A DNA stretch of 63,968 nt, filler included, from Malassezia furfur (Eukaryota): assembly GCA_052055015.1 (NCBI GenBank). It is 6 parts of 6 records of this genome, joined end to end, with 100 filler letters (N's around TTAATTAATTAA, not from the genome) between each part and the next. Parts side by side here need not be neighbours in the genome. Positions count along the whole stretch, not along the records: positions 56,150 to 63,968 come from JBQJIT010000483.1; 5 more parts are not named here. One strand, 5' to 3'. The notes under the pieces were generated by a model. That model made no database searches and was not told the origin of the DNA. It was given only the letters and a program-made list of their open reading frames with translations. Positions 56,150 through 63,968 of this stretch are shown here, piece by piece (the first letter of the stretch is position 1; every line of letters begins with the position of its first letter). The position numbers were made by a program, and so were the translations under genes.

Positions 56150-58215
56150 CGCTGGGCGGCGCTGGGCAGCGCCTTGCGCTTGCCAAACAGGCGGAACCCA
56201 AACGTCCCCCGTGGCGCAGGCGGAGGCGCCGCATCGGCCTCGTCCGGCACAGGCGCCATGTCGGCGTACGCGCCATGCGCCGCGTCGGTGGGCGGCGCGT
56301 CGTGCGGCCATGCGGCGCCTTCGTGCTGCGCGTGCCACGCCGCTTCTTGTTGCGCGTGCCATGCTGCTTCTTGCTGTGCGTGCCACTCGGCCTCTTGTTG
56401 CGCGTGCCACTCAGCCTCCTGCTGTGCGTGCCATTCGGCTTCCTGCTGTGCGTGCCATTCGGCCTCCTGCTGTGCGTACCATGCGGCCTCCTGCTGCGCC
56501 TGCCACTCGGCCTCTTGCTGCGCCTGCCATGCGGCGTCAGGTTGGGCATATGCCGCCTCGGGCTGGGCGTACGCCGTGGCGTCCGCCTCGTTGTGCCACT
56601 CGGCAGCCTGCTGCGCCTGCCACTCGGCCTCGCGCTGTGCGTGCCATGCAGCTTCCTGCTCGGCGTGCCACGCGTCCTGCTGGGCAGCGCCGACGCGCGG
56701 CGTGTCCTTCGACGGGACGGGCGGCGGCGCTTCGGCGGACAGTTTGCGGAAATCGGCCGAGCCCTGGCGCTTCTCCTGCTCGAGGATGCGGCGCGCCTCA
56801 AGCATCGAGCGGCGCTTGCGCTCAAACGCCTCGCGCTCGTCGTCGCTCATGCGCGTCGATGCGCGCGAGCTTGCGGTCGCCGTGCGCTCCATCGGCTGCA
56901 CGGTGCTCGCGGAGCGCTGCGACGCCGCCGACGCACGTCGCGTGCCCGGGTCGCTCGACCGGTCCATGCTCGACGAGCTGTACAGCGACGGGCTCGCGTC
57001 CGCACCCTGGAACACCACGCCGTCGTGCGATGCGCGCGACGCACCCGACACGGTGCGCTGCGAGTACTCGGAGGCCGACGCACTGCGTGTGCCCTCGGCG
57101 GGCCAGATGCCGCGCAGCCAGCTCTGCCGCCCAGGCTGGACGACGCGGTTCATTAGATCGGTCAGGCCCGCGCCCTCGGGTGCCTTGTGCACGGCGTTCA
57201 GCAGCCGCTCCTGCTTATGGTCCGCGGCAGCGGTCGTGTCGGTGCGCTCGAGCATGCCGGGCAGCGGCGCACCGTAGATCGGCTCAGGACGCCGGCGGCG
57301 GTACAGGCGACCCGCGCCTGCCTCGTCGTCGTCGTCTTCGTCGTCGCTCTCGTACGCGTTCCACGGACGTGCGCTCGGCACGGTCGGCTCGTACTTGTTC
57401 GTGCGCTCCTGCACGGCCGCATAGTCAATCACCGTCGCGTCCGCCTCGGCCATCGCCGCGCTCTCATCGGGCTCAAGCGGCGCACCAGTGGCTTCAGCCG
57501 CGACTTCGGTGGTGCTCTCGACCACTGATTCGACCACCGATGCACGCTCGGCACTGCGCCCAAACGCCGCAGCTGAGATGCTCGTGCGGTGCTCGTGCGG
57601 CGCCTCGGCCGCACGCAGCGACGACGGTGGGCGCATTTCAATGGGCGCTGGGGGTGCCTCGGCCTGCTCGGCGGGCAGCGCCGCGTACTCGTCGAGGATG
57701 TCGGCCTCGGTCGCAGCGCGACGCCCTGCGTCTTCCACAGACGGCTTGGGCGGCGGCGGCGGCGGCGCGTGATGCGACATGGGCGGCGGCGCAAGCGAAG
57801 CCGCGGCGCGTGGTGGCGCGTGGGATACGAGCGCACCTAGTTGTGTGTCGCTGCCGTCGTACAGCTGCCAGTTGGGCAGCCCGGGGACGTAGTATTCGGG
57901 TGCGTTGGGGTCGTACACCACACTGTTGCGGGAGGATGGGCGCGGCGACGGGCTGCGTGCACGCCGGATTGAGCGGCTGATCAGCCCGTTCATGCTGCGC
58001 CGCTTTGATGGGCTGGCGTCGTCGGCATGCGTGCCCTCACTGTGATCGCGCGGCTGCGGACTCGGCGAGCGGCCACGCACACGCTGCAGCTGGTCTGAGA
58101 GCCGCGAGCGGATACTGCGTTTGTCCTTCGCGCCCGACGCACTGTCGTACATCGCAACATCGTGCATCGCCTCGTCGCGGTGCGGCGACGGCGGCGCCAG
58201 CGCGTGGAACGACAT
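56150..58215 (-). CDS. Unknown low-complexity protein with 8-aa WHAQQEAx tandem repeats (3' truncated)
   Basis: Long ORF with GC3-type codon bias, ATG 58215, CACGTG upstream at 58289; RSPSP motifs. Confidence 0.7.
56320..56680 (-). repeat. 24-bp coding minisatellite, about 13 units in two blocks
   Basis: Units resemble TGGCACGCACAGCAGGAGGCCGAG and encode W[HQY]AQQEA[EA]. Confidence 0.9.
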
Positions 58216-58827
58216 GCTCGCTCTCGCCAAGTCGGCGCGCCCCTCCGTGCAACTTCTACGCCCCCTGTGTTGATCTCGACGCGCAGGTCACGTGCACAAA
58301 CGCGCGCGGTCGAGCGCACGGAGCACGCCGCGGCGCCCAACGGCGGCGCGTCGGAGGATGCACCAAGTGACGTGCGCATCGCCTACCGTACGTGCATGAC
58401 GTAGTCAGACGTTCTCGTCTCATCTATTGTATTGGCTAGGTGGTGTGTTGACACAAGCGAGTCGGACACCAAAAAAAAATAAGTCGGCCTCATCCACCCT
58501 TTCTGGACTGCCAGGGTGCGTCGCGTGTGCTGACGCAGTCACGCCGCGCACTTTGCAGACCATTGCGTTGAGACTGTGAGTGAGATAAACTCGGTCTGTA
58601 GGTAGCACAGCAAGCTACAGATCTGATGCCTGGTCTGTCAAGAGTACATTCGGTACATCGCACAAGCTGACCCAGCTTGGTGACGCGCCGCTCTACCCAC
58701 GGCTCGGAGTCGCAGTGTAGTTTCGCGCAGCAGTCGGCGCGGACGTGGGCATCACACTGCCGCTGCTGTTTATGTGCCACGCGCGCCGCTCTGTGCGACT
58801 GAGACATGCCTGTGTGGTTCTATGCAT

Positions 58828-60177
58828 CTACTGCAGGCGGAAAACGAGCGCGACGCCCTCGTCGCCCGCGCCGACCAGTTTGTAGCCCTTCGACGGCGTC
58901 GCGTGCGCATAGGCGCCAACCCCACCGGTTTCGGCGCCCTGCGTAATGCCGTCGTCGATGCCGACCGCCACGTCGAGCACGCCGTCGGTGAAGCCGTGCT
59001 GGATGCCGACCGTCTGCATGGACCGTGCGTCAAACGTGCGGATCAAATGGTCCACCGACGAGGTGGTAAAGAGCGGCGTGTGCGGATGCACGACGAGCTT
59101 GGTGATCGCCGCGTCGTGCAGCGCCTCGCCACGCGCCTTGCCCGTGGTGAGATCCCATGCGATCGCCTTGCCGTCCGTGCCGGCAGACACCACATGCGTC
59201 GAGGTGCGCGACGTTGGGCCGCTAAATGGCCCCGTCGACGCCGCGGGAACGAGGTCGACAAACTCGACGCTCTCCACGCTCTCGCCCTCGGCGTGCCCGT
59301 TGAGCACGCCCACCACCGACACTCCGCCCGTGGTGTCCAGGTTCGCCACACTCACCACACGCACACCGCCCGCCGCGCCGCCGACGACGACGAGGCGTGA
59401 GTCGGGGGAAATGCACAGCGAGGTAATGCCGCCGTCCAGCGCAAAGCGCGTGTCGTCGTCGGCGACCTTGGCGAGCACCGCCGCACTTCGCGGGTCCCAC
59501 ACAATCAGCGAGCCGTCGTCGCTGGCACTGACGAGCTTGCGGCCGTCGGGCGTGAAGCGCCCGCAGGTGACCGAGCCCGTATGCCCGCTGAAAACGTTCA
59601 TTGTGTTGCCGCTCGGCAGCTGCCACATCCACACGGTTGCGTCGCTTGCTCCGGCGACCAGCACCGGGCCCTTGGGGTGCCACGCAAGCCACACCACCTC
59701 GGAGGGGCCCTCGAGGTTCGTGAGGAACTCCCACGTGTGCCACCCATCGCCGCGCCGGCGCCACACACGCACGCGGCCATCGAGGCCACCGGTCGCGACC
59801 ATCTCGCCGTCGTGGCTAAAGGCGACCGCGACGACACTGTCGCTGTGTCCGCTGAGCTGCGCAATTTCCGTGCCGTCGATTGTGTTCCACAGCCAAGCGC
59901 GGTCGTCCTCGCCGCCGCTCACGGCGATCGGCGGGTTAGGGAAGTTGGGGTGCAGCGACACACAAAACACCGACGCGCGGTGTGCGTAGAACGCGGCGAT
60001 CGAGTCGTCCTGGAACTCCATCTGGTCGTCGCCGCCCGCGTCCTGCTCTGCATCCTCGCCCTCGTCCATGGGCGCCTCGGCAGACTCGGTAACGTCCGCG
60101 TCCACATCGTCGTTCGTCAGCACGAGGTCCTCGCCATGCTCCACCTCGGGCTCGTGCGCTAGTTGTTCGTCGGCCAT
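58828..60177 (-). CDS. SQT1: WD40 ribosome assembly factor Sqt1/AAMP
   Basis: Acidic N-terminus; DDSIAAF..H, SGGEDD, GHSDSV, ATGGLDG, WHPKGPVL, WMWQLPSG. Confidence 0.9.
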   Translation of the reverse strand: MADEQLAHEPEVEHGEDLVLTNDDVDADVTESAEAPMDEGEDAEQDAGGDDQMEFQDDSIAAFYAHRASVFCVSLHPNFPNPPIAVSGGEDDRAWLWNTIDGTEIAQLSGHSDSVVAVAFSHDGEMVATGGLDGRVRVWRRRGDGWHTWEFLTNLEGPSEVVWLAWHPKGPVLVAGASDATVWMWQLPSGNTMNVFSGHTGSVTCGRFTPDGRKLVSASDDGSLIVWDPRSAAVLAKVADDDTRFALDGGITSLCISPDSRLVVVGGAAGGVRVVSVANLDTTGGVSVVGVLNGHAEGESVESVEFVDLVPAASTGPFSGPTSRTSTHVVSAGTDGKAIAWDLTTGKARGEALHDAAITKLVVHPHTPLFTTSSVDHLIRTFDARSMQTVGIQHGFTDGVLDVAVGIDDGITQGAETGGVGAYAHATPSKGYKLVGAGDEGVALVFRLQ

Positions 60178-60321
60178 CGTGGGTGGCGGACCTTCGCGTG
60201 GGCGCGAATTTTTTTTGGGCGCTGACGACCGCACACGCGCACGGGCTCGAAATGCTTTGTCAGCACACTCCGCAACCGGGGCTGACCCTGCAGGCGGACC
60301 ACGGCACAGGCTTCGCGCACC

Positions 60322-61135
60322 ATGGCAGCAGCAAACACGGCAGCATCGGCGGCCAAGAACCTCAGCCTGATCGAGTCCGCGAAGCGGGCGGCGGCATATG
60401 CGGCCGTCGACACCCACGTGCGTGCCGAGCACAAGCTGATCGGCATCGGGTCGGGGTCGACGGTGCCGTATGTCGTCGAGCGCATCATCGCGCAGGGCGC
60501 CGAGGTCAACCGCGATCGCTGGTTCGTCCCCACCGGCTTCCAGTCAAAGAACCTGATCATTGACGGCGGGCTTCGGCTCGGCGACATCGACATGTTCTCG
60601 ACGCTCGATGTGACCCTCGACGGCGCCGACGAGTACGTACACGGCCACTCACTCCAGGGTCGACACCGCGCTGAACCTCATCAAGGGCGGCGGCGCATGC
60701 CAGCTGCGCGAAAAGGTGCTCGCCGAGGCCGCCAAGACATTTATCGTCGTGGCCGACTTCCGGAAACGCTCCAAGGTGCTCGGCGAGTCGTGGAAGCAGG
60801 GCATTCCGGTCGAAGTCGTGCCGTTCGCCGCGTCGCAGGTGCTCCGCAAGCTGTCGGAGCTGGGTAGCACCAACCCCGTGCTGCGCATGGCAAAAGCCAA
60901 GGCGGGGCCCGTCGTGACAGACAACAACAACTTCTGCATCGACGCGCCCTTCCCCGAAACCCTCATGCGCGACCCAGCGAACCTGTTTGTCGAAATCAAA
61001 AAGATTACGGGCGTCGTCGAGGTAGGCCTCTTCCCACACGTCTGCAAGGCGGCCTACTTTGGCAACGAAGACGGCTCCATTGCCATCCTGCAAGACGACG
61101 GTAGCGTCCAGGAGAACGTACACACGAGTGCCTAG
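60322..61135 (+). CDS. RKI1: Ribose-5-phosphate isomerase A
   Basis: IGIGSGSTV, DGADE|VD, IKGGGAC..REK, GVVEVGLF; 25-nt intron 60633-60657. Confidence 0.97.
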
Positions 61136-61207
61136 CGCTGCCCTTCGTAGAATTCGCCCAAATTGTCATTTGTGGAGATGTCAATCGGGGGAGACTTTGC
61201 CGCCTCC

Positions 61208-62071
61208 ATGTCCACGGTGCCCGAAGGCCGCAAGACGCGCCGACTCAAACTCGTGCGTCCGCGCGGACGGCGCGGCGGTGTCAAGAACCGCAAAAAGACG
61301 GCGGTGTCCCATGCACACGCCCAACACATTGCGCGCTATCACACGCTCGAAAAACAAATTGCCCGCACCACCGACGAGGCGGAGCGTGCAGCGCTTCTCG
61401 CCGAGCAGCGCGCGCTCGGCGGTCTTGCGGCGTACCAGGACCAGAGCAACACGGGCGCCGCCGTGGTGCGTGGCGGCGAGTCGGCCAAGTGGAGCGCCAA
61501 GGTACTTAAGGAGCTGTTGCAGCCCGATACCCCTCTTCGGCTGCTGGACGTGGGCGCGATTGCGGGCACGGCATATGCCAAGTACAAGTGGATCGCGCCG
61601 ACGTACATTGACCTGAACCCTCGCGCCGAGCATGTTCACCAGTCCGACTTTTTCGACTGGCCTGTGCCCTCGGCTGCAGAGCGGTACGACGTCGTGGGCC
61701 TTTCGCTCGTGCTCAACTTTGTCGGTGATCTGGCCAAGCGCGGCGAAATGCTCCTGCACGCGCACCAGTATCTACGTCCGCAAGGCTACGTGTACCTTGT
61801 GCTGCCGCTCGCATGTGTGGCCAACAGCCGCTACCTGACGCACGCACACCTGCAGGCGATCGTCGAGTCGGCCGGCTACGAGGTGGTGCGCAACGAGGAC
61901 AGCGCGCGCCTCACGCGCTGGCTGCTGCGGCAGCGCAAGCCGAAGCGAGCCAAGGCGGGCGACACGCCGATGGAGACGATCCGACGGAAGTACTACGATG
62001 GCACGGTGTACAAGAAGCGCGAGCTGGTGCCCGGCGCACAGCGCAACAATTTCTGCATCCTGCTCTCGTAG
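61208..62071 (+). CDS. BMT2: 25S rRNA m1A2142 methyltransferase Bmt2
   Basis: YHTLEK, LGGLAAYQ, RLLDVGA, IDLNP, SLVLNFV, LPLACVANSRY, RNNFCI. Confidence 0.92.
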   Translation: MSTVPEGRKTRRLKLVRPRGRRGGVKNRKKTAVSHAHAQHIARYHTLEKQIARTTDEAERAALLAEQRALGGLAAYQDQSNTGAAVVRGGESAKWSAKVLKELLQPDTPLRLLDVGAIAGTAYAKYKWIAPTYIDLNPRAEHVHQSDFFDWPVPSAAERYDVVGLSLVLNFVGDLAKRGEMLLHAHQYLRPQGYVYLVLPLACVANSRYLTHAHLQAIVESAGYEVVRNEDSARLTRWLLRQRKPKRAKAGDTPMETIRRKYYDGTVYKKRELVPGAQRNNFCILLS

Positions 62072-62119
62072 GGCCGTGCGCGTGCACGTGACCATAGGCC
62101 GCGTACCCTTCCCGACACC

Positions 62120-62455
62120 ATGGCTGCGAAACAGGCTGCGGAGGTGCGTGGTGTGCGCTGACCGCAGAAGTTTATCACCGAGCACGCGATTGCTGTGTTC
62201 AGCAAGTCGTACTGCCCCTACTGCCGCCGCGCCAAGAGCGTCATCTCGGAGCTCAAGGTCGACCAGAAGAAGGTCGGTGTGATGGAGCTTGACGAGGTGA
62301 ACAACGGCGGCGACATCCAAAACTACCTGCTCGAGAAGACGGGCCAGCGCACGGTGCCCAACATCTTCATTTCGGGCAAGCACATCGGTGGTAGCGACGC
62401 GCTGCTCAACGCGCAGTCGTCCGGCGAGCTCGACAAGCTCGTTGCGTCGCTGTAA
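62120..62455 (+). CDS. GRX1: Dithiol glutaredoxin
   Basis: FSKSYCPYC, TGQRTVPNIFI, GGSD; 24-nt intron 62144-62167. Confidence 0.96.
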
Positions 62456-62457
62456 GC

Positions 62458-63718
62458 CTATGTCATGATGCCATCCAGTAGCGAGTATTCTGTGCGTGAG
62501 TGTGTGAGTGGCGTACGCTTCGTCAAGACACATTCGCCGCCGTGCTCGAGATCCAAGGCGTAGACGTAGAAGTGGCCATCCATGGTCAGCACCATTACCT
62601 GGGCGGGCAGACTGCATGTGAGCGAATCGATGACGTACTTGCTCACGGCGGCGATCGCACGTACACCGGGGTTCGGCAGCTTGATGTGTGCAAAGTCGCG
62701 CGTGGGCTCCCACATCCCCGCGAGCGATGGGGGCAAATACCCCCCGACCGACCCCACGAGCGCCGACGGCCGCCGCCATGCGTTGCGCAGCGACGCGCCG
62801 CGCCGCGGCGAGGCCTGCACGGCCGATGCTCCTGCGTCGCCCGCAGTATCGTGTGTTCGTGCCGGGGTCAGCTGGAAGAGGTGCACAGTGCCGGTGTCCG
62901 ACGTGACGCACAGCAGCGTGCTCGCTGCGTTGAACGTGATGCTCCCAATGTGTGCCGCATACGATCCGCGTCGGAACTGGTACAGCGGTGCACCGTCCGG
63001 TACGGAAAACACGCGCACGACGGTGCCCTTCTCGCTCGCAGTCGCAAGGAGGGTACCGCTTGCGTTGAAGGCGAGGCACGCAACAGGCGAGCGGTGCGCC
63101 GCAACGACGCCGGCGACGCTGAGCGTGAGTAGATCGTAGAGGACGACGGTGCCGGTACCGGTGCCGGGGCCGGTGCCGGAACCGGCGCTGGTGCTGGCGG
63201 CGCCATCGGTGGTGCCGGCCAAGGGCCCAGCGTACGCCATGTAGCATTGCTCCGAATTGGGCGAGAGCGCACACAGCCCTGTGGCGTTTGGTGCAGTCTC
63301 GACGGTGTGCAGGAGCTTCATGTTGCTGATGTCGTATACGAACAGCGCGCCCTGCAACACCACGACGAGGCGGCGGCGGTTCATGTGCACCAGGAGAACG
63401 GGGGTCGGGAACGACAGCTCGCAGATCGTCGACTGCCGCTTGGTGTTGATGACCTGCAGGCGCTGCGCGCTGCTGGTGTGCGCCGGAGCATCGGGCAGCG
63501 ACACAACGGTCACGAGGCTTGTGCTGAACAGCATCTCCACCTGCGCGGTGGGTGCGTCGGCTGCGTGAGTGGGGGTTGCGCGACGTACCCTGCGCAAACA
63601 CGCGTGTGAATGGCTCACACTGCACAATCGAATAGCCCGTGCGTGTACCGATCGCGATGCAGCTAAAGTCCTGATTAAAATTGGCCGAGCACAGCGCGGA
63701 GCGGGGTGCGGGGGCCAT
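62458..63718 (-). CDS. ATG18: Autophagy PROPPIN Atg18
   Basis: NFNQDFSC, VEMLFSTSL, ICELSFP, ATASEKGTVVRVF, FRRG; introns 63561-88, 62612-38, 62490-516. Confidence 0.96.
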
Positions 63719-63752
63719 GGCCGTCCAAGCGTCCCTGCGCAGGCCTCCACAT

Positions 63753-63968
63753 CTACGAGAGCCACAGCGGCACTACGAGCGTGCCCGGCACGGCGTCGGG
63801 CAGAGTAAAGTAGCGGTCCGCCTTGCGTTCCTGGCCGACACCCGCGATGAGCAGCGGCGGGATGCACTCCTTGTGCCCGAGCACACGGCCCGTCGCGGGG
63901 TCGCGCTGCACCGCCGCGAAACGGTCGGCCATGGGCGGCAGCCCCGAGCCGTGCGCGGCGTCGGGTGC
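63753..63968 (-). CDS. C-terminal fragment of an unknown protein
   Basis: Open frame from the window end (...VLGHKECIPPLLIAG...VVPLWLS*) stopping 34 bp before the ATG18 start. Confidence 0.4.
   Translation of the reverse strand, partial: APDAAHGSGLPPMADRFAAVQRDPATGRVLGHKECIPPLLIAGVGQERKADRYFTLPDAVPGTLVVPLWLS

Noticed and set aside
56320..56680. CRISPR-like periodicity
   Set aside because: In-frame 24-bp coding repeat without unique spacers, in a eukaryotic genome with no cas genes

Overview
Fragmented draft assembly of a very compact, GC-rich basidiomycete yeast, most consistent with Malassezia (species not determinable here). The window is six contigs joined by artificial 100-nt N/TTAATTAATTAA linkers. 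The four complete contigs decrease in length (11150, 11144, 11125, 11072 bp), so they look length-sorted and adjacency across linkers is meaningless. About 40 mostly housekeeping genes can be reconstructed by hand-splicing. Main observations: (1) a ~390-bp, ~18% GC island between convergent DDI1 and DSS1, with GC decay into both genes, matching the short AT-core centromeres described for Malassezia; (2) about 42 hand-called introns, 39 of them only 21-30 nt, seven being 3n and stop-free; (3) POL3 is in frame only via a non-canonical AT-donor (probably AT-AC) intron; (4) a box C/D snoRNA candidate in the only long intron, the ERG6 5'UTR intron; (5) a triplicated TRK K+ transporter array; (6) a CACGTG element in many tiny promoters; (7) an orphan membrane protein with ~13 PSAP plus PY motifs; (8) an unexplained structured ~500-bp intergenic region with intron-like signals. 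All assignments come from motif recognition by eye; no database search was run.
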